Shown in pieces: positions 39,101 through 51,933 of a DNA stretch of 64,000 bases. The notes beneath the pieces are model-generated. The model ran no database searches. It had not been told where the DNA came from and saw only the letters and a list, made by a program, of their open reading frames with translations. A program made the position numbers and the translations under genes. The stretch is from Paraphysomonas bandaiensis (taxonomy: Eukaryota > Protista > Chrysophyceae): the NCBI GenBank assembly GCA_965644295.1, contig CBFFRP010000017.1, positions 1 through 64,000 of the forward strand, read 5' to 3'. The first letter of the stretch is position 1. Each line of letters begins with the position of its first letter.

Positions 39101-39650
39101 ATATACTTTATGGCGCAAGTCCTGTGTACGGAGGGTCTCAACATGAAGCGTGAGCAGAATGGAAGCGGAAAGATAAAAGATAATTCCAATATCTTTGATT
39201 ATCGTGTCGAGTGCGTGCTTGCGTCAACAATGACAATATCTTGACACGGGTTTTGTAAAATATGTTATTCACTATTGACCCGTAACATGTATTCGCACCT
39301 CTTTTATACGATACTAATCTATTTTTTGTAATGTTATATATAGTTAATGCACATTGATATATTGATTCGCGCACTATTATGGCAAGAGATATTTCATCTA
39401 TTGTGTATCTTGGTGCATTTGTGTCGGAAGTTCAATAGTACGAGCTACAACACTATTAGCAAAGCACTGTAAAAACCGCAACAGGATATACTGTATTAGA
39501 TTTTCTCAAGAGGAACGGAAAGTAGTAACAATGCTACTCTTCCATGTAGTTCTTGGGGGTACCGTGTTTACTGACTACAACAGAACATCGAATCAGTCCA
39601 AATAACACAAAAAAAACTCATTTAGTGCTTCCCATCCCATTGACAACTTG

Positions 39651-40130
39651 TTAAATCCACACACTTTTAACATATTTCTTGTAAGACAGCCCAAATTGAT
39701 TTTCGAGTAAAGCAGCCTCTCGAGTCGCCCTGATGTACTGTAGTGGCAACAAAACTAATAGAACAAGTAAGTACAAGGGTCTGTTAAGCAACAATATGTG
39801 TCCAATCAAAGTGGCGGTACCGAAGATATATACTGGGTTCCGGAATTTGGAAAATAGCCCCGTAGTAACTAGGGAATTCGCGACAGGAAACAATGTGCAG
39901 TGCCTTCCTAATTGAATCCTGGCAATCATCCACAGAACTGCAGATGGAAACAAAATTATCATCCCAATTATTGTGCAAAAGTTCCACTCTATCCATCGAA
40001 TGGTGTGATAATGCATAGCCACCAAGCTAGAAGTAGCTCCTAGTCCTTGAATAGTGGCTAACAACTGTCCAACTACTTGTTGCCTTCTCTGTTGTAGTCG
40101 GGCACGACTAGTTCTCACCGCTACACCCAT
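39651..40130 (-). CDS. Phospholipid/isoprenylcysteine methyltransferase (PEMT/ICMT) family membrane protein
   Basis: ARIQLG...LVTTGLFSKFRNPVYIFG...REAALLENQFGLSYKKY with transmembrane segments; intronless. Confidence 0.85.
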   Translation of the reverse strand: MGVAVRTSRARLQQRRQQVVGQLLATIQGLGATSSLVAMHYHTIRWIEWNFCTIIGMIILFPSAVLWMIARIQLGRHCTLFPVANSLVTTGLFSKFRNPVYIFGTATLIGHILLLNRPLYLLVLLVLLPLQYIRATREAALLENQFGLSYKKYVKSVWI

Positions 40131-40576
40131 GCTCACTTCAGCGCTCAACTTCAGTGATGACAATCATGTAGTTATTCTTCAGGCTATGGACAGATGAGAC
40201 ACAATGAACTTAAGTACGATTTTCTCCTTTCAGCAGTGAGCTTCCTATTCTTCATTACAGTGTATGATTATTCTCTTGTTTTTATTAAATGTTTGTCGTG
40301 GATGCACTACGAAGTGCCCCTGCAGCTGCTCTGGACACTGTGCTGTGGAATAGTGAGCTCCAGCGGTGCACAGTCATAGTGCAGCAGTATATTATGCCGT
40401 AGTTAAGTAAGTAAGTTATATACAGCTCAAGTACTCACAGTGTGGGGAGTGAAATATCCAACATCTGCAGGCGATACCCGGATATCTAGGGTAGAAAACC
40501 CTTATTTTTCCCATACGTAGAATTCCTACAGTGCTGCTTCTCCTCCTCAAACACTCACACAGCAGGATACATCGCT

Positions 40577-40683
40577 CATAGACGGATCTACAGATAGATC
40601 TACAGATGGATCTACAGACAGATGTAGGAAGAAGACAGATAGGTCTAGAGACGGATGACGGATGACGGGTAGACAGATAGATA
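40577..40683 (+). repeat. Degenerate 12-bp/4-bp simple repeat (agaYRgatctac)n
   Basis: agacggatctac agatagatctac agatggatctac, decaying into agac/agat tetramers. Confidence 0.7.
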
Positions 40684-40824
40684 GGCTAAATTTAGAGCTC
40701 GGTGAGCTCTTGTTGTAGGGGTATAATCTCATTCTCTTTCAGTAGTACTTCTATGCGGGGGTTGAGTTTATAGAGCACTTGACGATCTTGAGCTGATTAA
40801 TTTGGTTGAATAACTGCCGTGTGC

Positions 40825-43360
40825 TGCTTATATGTCCAAAAAGGCATGTATGATATGTGTTACCTGTACTGCGTCATGTATCACTTCCGATCGTAACATT
40901 CCTATTAGATTACTATCCCCAATCAGCTGAAACTCCAATGCATATCTTGGAGTCCAGAGCAGGTTATGTGTTTGATATAAGTTGTCACTCGGACTCATCT
41001 TTTGATAGGGTTGGATAGTGTGTTGCGGGAAGGCAGGGCTGTTGAAGGTATTGAAGCTCGAGACAGTTGGTGTATCAGATACAAAAGCTATGGTGCGAAC
41101 AATAGTTTCGTTTTCCCATCTCCCAGAGCGGGAGAGTCCCATGCTACGTGTCTTCCCAACCTTGAGTTCCTAGTTGCTAACAGTGATTGTTGTTCGCTTG
41201 TTGTATATGAAACTTCTGGAGCCATCTTGGCGTGAACACAGCCCAGCTGCGGAATTCAATTGGAGCTATTATCCACTCAAAGAAGCTTTCGTTTGCTCCG
41301 AAATACGTTAGTATGGGACACAATCACTTGGCCATAGTTAATGATAAGGTAGTATACACGTGGCAGTTTCAGGCTTCTTTTGGTTGTGGTGACGGCCCAG
41401 TGGATCAGATTGTACCTGGCAGGGCATCGCAGTCGAAAGGATGTATTTACAGGCTCAACCCCAGAGACATTCAAGATTCTTACGACGAAGTAATGAACCC
41501 CACCACGTGTATCACTATCAGTGATCGCTATCGGATGATAGGCCGGAAAAGTGGGATGATTACACGACGGCTGATACTTCCGCATCTGAGCATCGAACAC
41601 GAATACCATGTAACATGATGTGTTGAGCCTTTCCGCATAGAGTTGAACTGTCTATCCAATAAGCTAGGTATCATTGATGCAGTCAGAGCTTTCAGTATGA
41701 TTGACCTTGAGGCTTGGGTGCAAGACGGTGTAGAACTAGAGAGAGCAGACGATTGTGTAGGCGAAACGAAATCTTCAACTGAAGGACGTTGTGTCGCACT
41801 AACTGATTGCAAACGTATGAAAGTGGAGCGAAAGGATGTATGGGCACGAGGTGGGCAGACGATACTGATGAAATGCTATGTCATGGAGAAAACGCAGTTA
41901 CAAGTGATACATGGAGAGACATTTAGAAGGGCTAATTGTATCGTCAGGTTTCTCTGTCGGTTCCGAAACCTCGAGATCCGTACCGATAATTTGGTTGAAA
42001 TCGTCAAGCAGCCTATTGAACAACAGCCCCAACCTCCAAGTGGTGATTTGGTTATCGATATTAAGTCGAAAATTCTTCACGAGGTTCGTGACAAAATGAA
42101 TACAGAGAGGGCCTGGGTGTAGGGTATCAGGTTGCTGACAGTGCGCCTCATCCAAGACTATTCCGCTTACTTGCAAAGAGTGCACTGGAAAACCTAGATC
42201 TAACCACGGCAGAGAAATCATGTGTACGATGCAAGGACAATCACGCTATTCACTTAGTACGACAACTTCCCGGAGGTAATATGGAGAGGTATATCTTTCG
42301 TTGTAACTGTGCGTATACGGTGTTTTATAGGCGAGGGGACTACTTACTCGGTATGCCCAATCCTTGCTAAGTAAAGGCAAGAGACTGGAGGCAGTTGAAC
42401 TTTACCGTTGCGCAAATAGGTTTTTACCGACTCACCTATTCTCGTTGGCCATATTGCATAACAAGTAATTTTGCCCCTCTTTGATCAGTACATTCCTAAT
42501 GATTTTTTGTGCATGTTTATTGAAGGCGGCACGGCGTGATGTACATCCTGGCAAAGCGCCTCCAAGTTCTCTCTGCACTTGAGATTGAGCGTCACCGCAT
42601 GAACACTTTGGATCAATCCACTAAAGCAGGCGGGACAGACCTCGAAGGGAACACCACTCAAAATGTAGCCATGGTCACTGCGGCTACCTTGGAGAGCCTG
42701 ATGATGACATCACTTCACACACAGGAAGGTGCGACAGCAACCTTATCTACAACTGAAGGGGCGAGGAAGGCGAGTCGAGCATTCGGAAGTGCGTGACGTG
42801 GGGCTGCGGCCTATCACCACCAGATGCTTGCCCAAAAAGACTGTTTTATGCAGGTGTAATGCGATTCCCGTTTCTTTCACTTAGTGCCTCACATTACAAT
42901 ATGAAACTACGATGGTGCGATGCAGTGCTCTATCAACCTCTACGAGTACGATGATATATTGAATCCTCGTGATATTTATTCGTTACTCGCACTAGCAGCA
43001 TACTTTCTTAACAAGTACTACGGAATCCCCCTTAATCTAGTTGAGTGTTACGAATTGGATATGCTCGTAGCTGGAAACTATCCCAGATATCGCTTAGTCT
43101 GACCGGGATCTAATAGAAACTCTTGTGGTAAAATTATTTGTGAAGCATAGTCCAGTTGACCCAATTACGCTCCCTGATCCTTCCCTCGAGTGCCTGAATG
43201 TTGGCAAGCCCTATAAAGCCTGCGTAATATGAAGGGCTATTTTACAATCACCATCGTATGTTTTTTACAATACTCGCCGCCATCATATCTTGAGCATGAC
43301 CACGGACTAAACTTAGTCTCCGTGTTCTTTGTCACTCACCTATCCCATTTGACAATGGGG
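40825..43360 (+). pseudogene. WDR35: WDR35/IFT121 (IFT-A subunit) pseudogene, intron-containing
   Basis: Spliced YMSKK|ITIPNQLKLQCISWSPEQ|GWIVCCGKAGLLKVLKLET, then NSIGAIIHSK, ERKDVW, MEKT, PHPRLFRLLA, EAVELYR, SA*RGAAAYH, DIYSLLALAA and LCHSP in WDR35 order, with frameshifts, stops and two large deletions. Confidence 0.9.
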
Positions 43361-43497
43361 GCACAGCTGGTGGTAGCCACTGAAATGGAGAAGTGGCTAT
43401 TTGTCGAGCATGTAAAGAACGTACAGTTCGCGAAATGAAGAAGTATGTAGATGTGTGATAGATGTAAAAGGAAAATATATCGTACTGATATAAGACG

Positions 43498-43645
43498 ACC
43501 TACAGTTAATAAGCTTTTCGTATGCGACTATCAAAATATTGATTGCAATATTTTGTGAGGTACTTTAACAGAAACAATATTGATGGAATTTTTGGCCGGT
43601 CCACCAACCAATATATAGTTTACAATATATTGTTTCCTAGCCCTG
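43498..43645. mobile_element. Single terminal fragment of the hAT family
   Basis: Matches 59822-60014 and ends caatatattgtttcctagccctg; no partner end seen. Confidence 0.8.
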
Positions 43646-44937
43646 TTCTACCCTAAGTGGGGATTCAATTCAATGGGGATTCACGATGCGGTCAGCCAAT
43701 TTTACATATATTGAAAAATTACGATATATTATACAATACAAAATATGATTGCTTTGTGCGTTAAAATACATGACGGAGAGTAGTACAGGAATTGGTTAAA
43801 GAAATAATAGTTTGTTAAAAGTAACTAACGGCATGTTATTATATAATAAACAACCGCAGTTTATACTTTAGTCGCACTTCACACAAACACTAAAAACCAC
43901 GTCAAAGCAATCGACTTGCCATAGATTAATATCATAATTCAAATGGGCATTAGGAATTCATAATATGCACACAACAGATCAATAGGTGAGCACGGCGTGA
44001 CTTATACAAGAGGGATCCGAAATAGATGAATGTAAACGAGCAATACCACCTTGAGATACATTGTGATTGCTTATAAAAAAAGTTTACACTGATAATTTTA
44101 AGAGCTCGTGGTCTTCACCACACTGTACACATCGGATCGTCTGTAATGTACTCAAATTTCTCAAATATGATATGTCACACTTATTGTTCTCCCCATGTGC
44201 AAAATGTTTTCTTCTTTAGTTTTCTGCTTCTATTTCCTTTTTAGTTTAGACTTGTGATTGTACGTTCTCATCCTTAGACACATGCTGACGAGTCTCAAAT
44301 GAAAATATGTAACGTATACTATTGTGGGCAACGTTACGCTTCTTTCTATTTTCGCATTAATAACAAATCATATAAATGCAGCGGTAGTTGCGTTTATTTT
44401 GAGTAGTTCTCATGCGCTGGTAGTACTGAACAGTGCCTCCTCCTCACTGGACTTCGTATCTGGCCCTAGCAATGTCTTCATTTCTTCTGTAGTAACTAGG
44501 TGCCTCTTACTCGGTTTCAATGAATCAGGGGTTTATCATGGTCACGATAAGCATACATTCATAACAATACTGACACATCATAAGGTACCTACACTACGAG
44601 CAGGCAGTATCTATCGAATCTAGATATCTAGATGCATCGCATCGTAGTGGGGGGCTGTATACCTCAATACAGTGGTATACGGTATACTGTCAGTGTGTTG
44701 CAACATCGACGACAAAAAACAGCCATACAACGCCCATCTTCAGTGCCGAGAAGTGACCAGCAGAGAGCAGCACTGCTGTGTATGTGACCATCCGCCTCCA
44801 CATACACCACACAGATACAGATGTCAGAGGCAGCCTTCAGCCCTTCCAGCTTCTATCTTTGAGTAGAGCCTGGACTGCCGCTGTGGTGTTATTATTCCTA
44901 TATTTCATAAGGTTCGTAGGAACTGACCTGCAATAAG

Positions 44938-45846
44938 ATGCTCATTGCAAAGCTGCTCTTCGGTTCATGTCTTCTGGTTCACATGATCTGCTGTGTTAAT
45001 TCTGTGGAGCGGATTATATTATCACACCATAAAACTGGAACTGTTTTATCAAGGAAGATATCTCGCTTGATGACTGAGCGCTATGATATCAAGACGATGG
45101 GAAACGGAATAGGAAAGGCAGGCCTACCTGATAATAGTGCGGTCACGCACCTGATGAGAAACCCTTTTAGCATGATATTGTCTGCATACTTCTATCATAC
45201 TAAGACGGAAGAAAACTGGGTTCATTGTAAAATGAATGATCGTCTCCGCTATGTTTATTGCCCCTATGTCTACGACAAATTCAGAGGTGTACAAAAAACA
45301 TTTCGCCACATGACAAATCAATGGAATGGGCAAGTGAACATTACAATGATGTCGAATAATGAAATTGTGAATAAGCTTATTCGGTTTCCGAAAGTGAGGC
45401 ACGACAGCTACCAGTCATACCTGCAGCGAGTATCACCGAACCACGGGGCTTTGTTGGAGTTTATCCGATCTAATGTTCATGATATACCGTCTATGGTGTC
45501 CGATTTTTACACGATTAAGCGGCTGGCAGCTCTTTCTGCACCAGTGCCACACTTTCACAATCTCTGTTTGGGCTCTCTGTTTGGAGTGGATGCCAGCGGC
45601 TCGATATACAACAACATGGAGGCTATATATGATCTCGTCGGTGGATTAGGAATATCCGTCACAGACTGGGAGAAGACGCGTCTACTGAATGGATTACGTA
45701 CTAGTACAGCTCCTAACCATCATCAGACGAATCACACTTCTAATATCAGGGGTGACCTCGAGGTAATGTTGCGACGGTATGATATTGACCAATTCGGGGG
45801 GCTCATGCATGAGTACGAGGCCCTTTTGGGGTGTGCGTTTGACTGA
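44938..45846 (+). CDS. Sulfotransferase-like protein with an N-terminal signal/anchor, intronless
   Basis: LSHHKTGTVL (PAPS 5'-loop-like) and HLMRNPFSMILSAYFYH (3'-PB-like) motifs; hydrophobic N-terminus. Confidence 0.7.
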   Translation: MLIAKLLFGSCLLVHMICCVNSVERIILSHHKTGTVLSRKISRLMTERYDIKTMGNGIGKAGLPDNSAVTHLMRNPFSMILSAYFYHTKTEENWVHCKMNDRLRYVYCPYVYDKFRGVQKTFRHMTNQWNGQVNITMMSNNEIVNKLIRFPKVRHDSYQSYLQRVSPNHGALLEFIRSNVHDIPSMVSDFYTIKRLAALSAPVPHFHNLCLGSLFGVDASGSIYNNMEAIYDLVGGLGISVTDWEKTRLLNGLRTSTAPNHHQTNHTSNIRGDLEVMLRRYDIDQFGGLMHEYEALLGCAFD

Positions 45847-46192
45847 GCAGCGTAGTGGAAGACCATTGCATGTTTATGTCAGCGATAAAGTGCTAGTTTC
45901 AGATGTTAGTTGTTGTTTGGTAGGAGTTCCAGTAAATAAGGAGTGAAGTTATGATTGTGTGTGAAGTGTGTTAAATATCCGGAATTCGAATCCTGGTTGT
46001 CTACCCCAGGCTCTGGTCTATCCTGCCACATTCTTCTGCCTCCTAAGTAAGTAGTGTAGCGCATTACTCATACTCGATATTTGAGTGGTTAAATATTTAA
46101 GCTATGTGCGACTTGCAGAGCTGGGGCTGAATGTCAATGTACTGACATAATAAGGTATTTAGAGTGAGTAGTAATTAGTAAATAGTTTATAT

Positions 46193-46335
46193 CAGGACTA
46201 GGGAACAATGAACAATATATTGCTATACTCTTGTTAGATATCGTTTCATCAATAATATTGATGGAGGTTTTAAACCAATCCAACAATATTATAGCAATAA
46301 TATATTGCAATTTAATATATTGTTCCCTAGCCCTG
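46193..46335. mobile_element. 143-bp hAT-derived MITE
   Basis: TIRs caggactagggaacaat / attgttccctagccctg. Degenerate 8-bp TSD gtttatat / gttcataa. Body matches the ends of 59235-60014. Confidence 0.85.
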
Positions 46336-46539
46336 GTTCATAACACACGTATCTTCGTTATATTAAAAACTTCAGTTTAAATCGAGTGATATTCTTACGA
46401 ATACTGTATAATCATGCTGACTACGTGAATAATATAATACTGGAAAGAAGCATCAAGCAGTCTCTGAAATATCCAGACACCAGACAGTACGTTGCAATGT
46501 ATTATAGATTCACACTTCTTCAGATTTATTTCTAAACCG

Positions 46540-46843
46540 TCCTCACTACACACAAATTCCTGCGGAGCCCTACTCCAAGGGGCGCCCCCCGGCTAACCCC
46601 TTCTGCATTTCAAGAACTCACGTCCATAAAGAGCTTCTTTCTCGCATACAAGTATGGAAGTGGTCGCAGCTTGGTGCTTGCGGCGACGCACAAGCAGCTT
46701 CCGTAGCGTTACATATTACACAGTACGATATGAGAGTTTGCACTAGTTAGTTACATGTAGAAGTCCATCTAGCTTGACTAGTTTTCATCTAGCTAATATC
46801 TGGTGATGATTCTTGACGCTTACTTCTAATAATAAGACTTTCA
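46540..46843 (+). mobile_element. Diverged 3' end of the LINE family
   Basis: ccaaggggcgccccccgg (compare 6932-6950), followed by ggaagtggtcgcagcttggtgcttgcggcgacgcacaagcagcttccgtagcgtta...aataagactttca. Confidence 0.8.
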
Positions 46844-47022
46844 GACACCCATTAGGGATAGAAGTGAAACTATATTAAGATAAGACATTAAGTGCGTAAT
46901 AAAAACACTGCGACGCACAATTATCCTTAGTAGTATACTTTTAATAGTTTATATTTTTCGTAGGAGAAAATGACGTTGCACTAAATACATATCAGTACTA
47001 ACATAACGAACAATATATATAC

Positions 47023-49872
47023 TTATTTACTAGTGCTAATAATATCCTTAGTTAGTAGGCGCACTTTATTCCATTTGGACCCAGCGGTACTATCTCTCGA
47101 TGACGAGGCCCCGACAACACCACTGACGGTCTTCTTGAGTGCCATCAGAGTTTTATCTCCTTTAACTCCTTCCTCTCCCAGTATATAATCATCTCCGCTC
47201 TTATTGGCCTGTCTTAGTGCGCCAGTCTCCTCTAGTTGTTCGTACATCTTCGCTGACGACTCAATGCATTCTTGCCTCTCTGCCCGGTCCAGAGAGGGGT
47301 TGCAACTGATTGCACAGTTCACAAGTTTCAGCGCATCTCGACCCCAACGACAACACAAGGCTTTGACATCATCAGCAGCTCCTGATATATGTGTTGCACT
47401 CACCTGTATCACATGATATAGTCAAGTAAAACTACATACCACATGAACAAAAGCATTACCACTCGGGCCAGCTGCGAAAGGGGCTCCAGTTGTTCATCCA
47501 AAGCAACTTCAGGGCTCGATTCAGCGGTCTCCAGACCTCCTCTTGCAAGACACTCTGCATACACAATAAAACATTGTCGAAGAGTGTCCATGTCTGCCAT
47601 CACATGTCGCGCAGCGGTGAGCTCATTATTAAATTGAAATGCCCCAACGGCGATACGACGTAGAGACATGCAGTATTGATATACAGTGCTCTTCAAAGTT
47701 TCTACAGTTAGGCGACAGTAGAAAAACTCCGGTAGCCATTCTTCAATGTCACGAAAATAGTCCTGTATTGTGGCTGAAAGCGTTCCACAGATGCTGTTGC
47801 CTTCGCCTTGTTCCCATTCAGGAGTGAAAAGCTTGTGGAACACAACTTCTTCTAGGTCTTGCAAGATTAGTCTGTACATAAGAAAAAGATAAGCCTCGCA
47901 TGAGTTTTGTACAGTAGTGATACTTCAAAAATACAATTACAAGGTTTCGAACACAATATACCTGGCTAGGAATCCAACAGCACGTATAGCAAGGTTGACG
48001 TACTCCTCTGCTACATCCTCAAGCATGTGCACAAGCATTGTGCGGTCCTCCTCTTCTGATATTCCCTGAACTACCTGCTCATCAAATTCCTTGCATTTTT
48101 CTTGCATACGATGCGTGTCATTAATAGTAGCGCACATTGTCTCCACATCCATGGTTCTCCACTGTGTGGCCAGGGAATCATAACTCTGTCTCTGAACATC
48201 TCGCAGAACCTGTAGGCAAGCATTTACTACATCTTTCAGATGCTCCCGTGTAAGCTTCTCGCGTGCAACGGCAACTTGCATGTGAATCACGTTGAACATA
48301 TCCTCGGGCATTGTCGTAATAAGTGTGCCATCAGTTGATTTCCCGAGCTCAACCTTCTGACTCTTAATATTATTAAACCACCCCATCACCTGGCTCTTGA
48401 TGCGATATAAATATTCATGCACGAGCTCCTCTGCAATGCGGAGAAATTCTTGACAGCATACTCTGTCGCACTTCATGAATACTGCAGAGCACTGAAAATC
48501 GTAATGCTCCAGCCAGTGAATCAACTCCATGAGATCTGACACCTCAAGCTTAGACGTATTTTCCACATGATCCAGGACTTTGGGGCGGATATGCAACTCA
48601 AACGCATCCAAGAGCATAGACATGACATCGTAACTGTCAGGAACACATACAGAAACAAAGTGCTTTATCTCTGTAATTTTTTCTATCACCCCATTTGCTG
48701 TGTGAAGCGTTTTGACTACTTCTGATTGTTTAGGTCGCGAGTCATCCTCGTCTTCATCTCTCTCCTCCTCAGATCTCAGTTCATGTGATACAATAACAAA
48801 ACTAGTTTCAACTTTCTCGTTGAGGGTATTCTGCAGCCGATCGAGAGAATCCTGTTTAACAGTCACACCCATGACCCCCGTCTCCTCATCCAAACCTCCA
48901 CCCAATTCACTGGGGTGAATATGGGTATCTCCGTCGACATTTTCTCCCCTGAGGCGACGAGCAGCACGAACGCGCTCCATTCTTCTGTCAACATATTCTT
49001 GATGCATCTCTATAATTTCAAATGTGCCCACCAAGTCGGCGGGTGATTGTTCAGCGACTTCAAATATTCTGTCAATATTTCCCCATATTCTACTTCTGAT
49101 CTCACGAGATAATTCAAGAACAATCTCAAGATGTGTGCCAACGACCCCAATAATAGTCACGTACATGTCGTCACTGTATTCTTGAGTCTGGGACATCACA
49201 CGCCCATGTCTATTTACCGGAACAGGCCTTGCGGAAGTAGAGATACTGGAGGTCTGGTGCTGCTGATCACCTATCAGTCGGCGTTCGCGAGAGGTCTTCG
49301 TAAATCACAAAAACACCAATAACTGTCAAGGAGGATATATTTCAAACACATCTCCATACCTGCAGCTCCTTCATTAGAGCAGACCGCCACGCCTGAAGCT
49401 TCAAGGATTCCAGATAAACTTCCTTCAGTCTCTCTGGCTCATCGTCTAGAATTCGCCGGAGTTCAGAGACACGCTCTGGAATATGAACAAAAAACTCTAC
49501 TTGAGCAATGACTTTGTTCAAGTTATCGCGTGCATAATGCACCCGTTTAACATTCGGATACCTCGAAATGACTGTGTTAGTTTGTGCAATTCTTGCTTCG
49601 ATCCTGTCTATATTCTCAGTGAAGGTCTGCAGTTTCCCGGACGACTCCTCCATAATATCCACTCCTCGCTTAAGAGAGTCCAGTTTACCCTGAACAGCTG
49701 TCTTCAGCTTCGCATCAGCCTCAGCAAGTTTATTCTGCAGTTCATTGCGCAGAGTAGCTATGTCATCTAGGCTGGAGGCCTCCACGAACTTCTTCTTGAC
49801 CATGTTTCTGGCGCTGTCTCGAGCTCTGTCGTTAAGAGTCTGCATCATCGGGCTGATGTTACTCCCGTCCAT
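47023..49872 (-). CDS. SEC6: Exocyst complex component Sec6/EXOC3, four exons
   Basis: EADAKLKTAVQGKLDSLKRG N-terminus, GTLITTMPEDMFNVI, MCATIND and LFTPEW...ATIQDYFRDI motifs. Confidence 0.88.
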
Positions 49873-50006
49873 TGCACTCTATCATACACTGGACTACACA
49901 CTGTTAGATGAGTGACCACACACAGATATAAGCTGTTGACAAAGCTGATATCCCTCTTAACCTATCTGTCAATCTGTCGATGTGTGCAGTACCTGTACAG
50001 CGTACC

Positions 50007-50087
50007 CCAATCTTTCTCTCTGCTGTACCTGCCTACCCGTCTCCCTGTACCTGCCTACCTGTACCTGCCTACCTGTCTCGCTGTACT
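50007..50087 (+). repeat. Degenerate tandem repeat (ctgtacctgcctac) in the SEC6-PhoD divergent intergenic region
   Basis: tgtacctgcctacc occurs three times within 50023-50075. Confidence 0.7.
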
Positions 50088-50183
50088 CTGTTCGTTGGGT
50101 GTTAAAATGGCCAGTGGAATTGCACTGCGCTGGACGGCCCTCGATCACATTAACTTCGAGGGTCATCACCCGATATATGCGTG

Positions 50184-51565
50184 ATGTTACTGGTATGGCT
50201 AATTAGTGTTAGTGTGGTAGTGGGCGAGCGTGCACAGGATACGTGTATATTCGCCTCATGCAATAGACAAAACTTACCACAAGATTACTGGCGACTCCTG
50301 GGATCATTCGAACGAGCGAAGACATTCCTGTGGACGGGAGATGCAGTGTACGCGAAGAGTAACTCCGTTAGTGCTCTAGAGGACGCCTATAGTAGTTTGA
50401 AAGGGAACAGTCATTACAGAGAGTTTGTTAGAGACAGGAGTGTATACGGAGTGTGGGATGATCACGGTATGACTGTAAATTTTCTCATCGGTATGGTTAT
50501 GACTGTGTTTGTTGGATGGTAGATTATGGAGTGAATGACGGGGGGAATCTTGTGCCAGGTAGAAAGCAACGAAAAGAATTATATTTGGAATTTATTAATA
50601 GCACGAGTAGTGCTGATCAGAATCGAGAGGGTTTATACAAGACGTTTACAATTGGATCTGCGCCGGTGGAGGTGAGATTCATATTGTTGGATACTCGATA
50701 TCACCGAGATTCTCACTGGGTCAGGTCGGTCGGTGAATTTCCAATTCCGTTTTCCGCGTTGATGGCTGCATTTGTTCGACTGGCGTATATTACCCTGGGT
50801 TTGGGACGTGACCACACTGGAGATGTTCTGGGTACTCCTCAATGGGAATGGCTTGTGAATGTCCTTTCTAACTCTAAGTCTGATTTCCATGTTATTGTCT
50901 CTAGTACTCAAATATTCACCACAAATCCAATCGTTGAGTCGTGGGGACACTTCCCAGAGGCGAAGCGCCGGCTGGTTGATTTGTTGATTGAGGCGGACCC
51001 TTCCGGTCTGGTGTTTATATCTGGAGATGTACATCTCGCTGAACTCTCACGGGCTGTTGTCACCCGGAAGGATGGGAGACAATTTCTGTGGACTGAGGTG
51101 ACTTCGAGCGGACTCACGCATACGTGTGCAGATTCTATGGTCACGTCGGCAATCTGCCCTGCCATGATGCAGACATTCACTCAACACAGAGAGGATGCAG
51201 ATGACTTTTACATTGGTACTAACTTTGGTGTAATTCGAACATTTACTTCTTCCAACTGCACAACTGATCTAAATCTTACGCTTGCAGCACAAGCGGAGGA
51301 GTGCAGTTCTTCCCAGGATGCGAGGATGGAGGTGGCTGTGTACTCTCTGAGCGATGTCCCACCACGTCCTGTGTTGACACACACAGTATACTCTTCCAAT
51401 CTTGATAGTCAAGTTCTAAATGAAATTGTTTCCGTGGAGTATTTTAATTTCCCTTATCTTCAGGAAAAAGTAGCCATTGATGTAATCATATGCGCAATCG
51501 CATTACTGTTTTGTGTTGTGTGGAGTTTAGCTCGTTTATTTGGTTTGAGCTGTATGCGCCTTTAG
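50184..51565 (+). CDS. phoD: PhoD-type alkaline phosphatase D, two exons
   Basis: FASCNRQ, WTGDAVY, spliced WDDH|DYGVNDG, LLDTRYHR, ESWGHFP and ISGDVH motifs; signal peptide and C-terminal transmembrane helix. Confidence 0.92.
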
Positions 51566-51809
51566 AATAATATTATTATTATCAGTAATGTATTGTAGAC
51601 TTGCCAGGAATAGTCCATCACTGAATGTCAAAGCTGAGTCCAACACACTGTAATACATATCTATCAGTAACTAGTAACTAGATGTGTCGAAATGTAAGAA
51701 ATACATGTAGTATAAGTTAGGGCCAGAGAATAACATATTACGTATTTCGTACAATGATATTGTAAGCTAACTTCCTAACAATAATTTTGCAATACATTTC
51801 GAACAAAAA

Positions 51810-51933
51810 ACGAGGAGAGTGAAGAGGCGAGTCGAGAATAATACTGTGCAATAAATTGGAGTACAATATTTATCGTTCCCTTACCGCGTGAAGACGTATA
51901 TTATTCTCGTCTCACCTCTTCTCTCTCCTCGTC
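51810..51933. repeat. ~35-bp inverted repeat with ~50-nt spacer
   Basis: acgaggagagtgaagaggcgagtcgagaataata versus tattattctcgtctcacctcttctctctcctcgt, three mismatches. Confidence 0.85.

Noticed and set aside
42790-42800. TGA-as-Trp alternative genetic code
   Set aside because: The locus also has frameshifts and deletions; intact genes use TGG for Trp and RPA2 ends in TGA.
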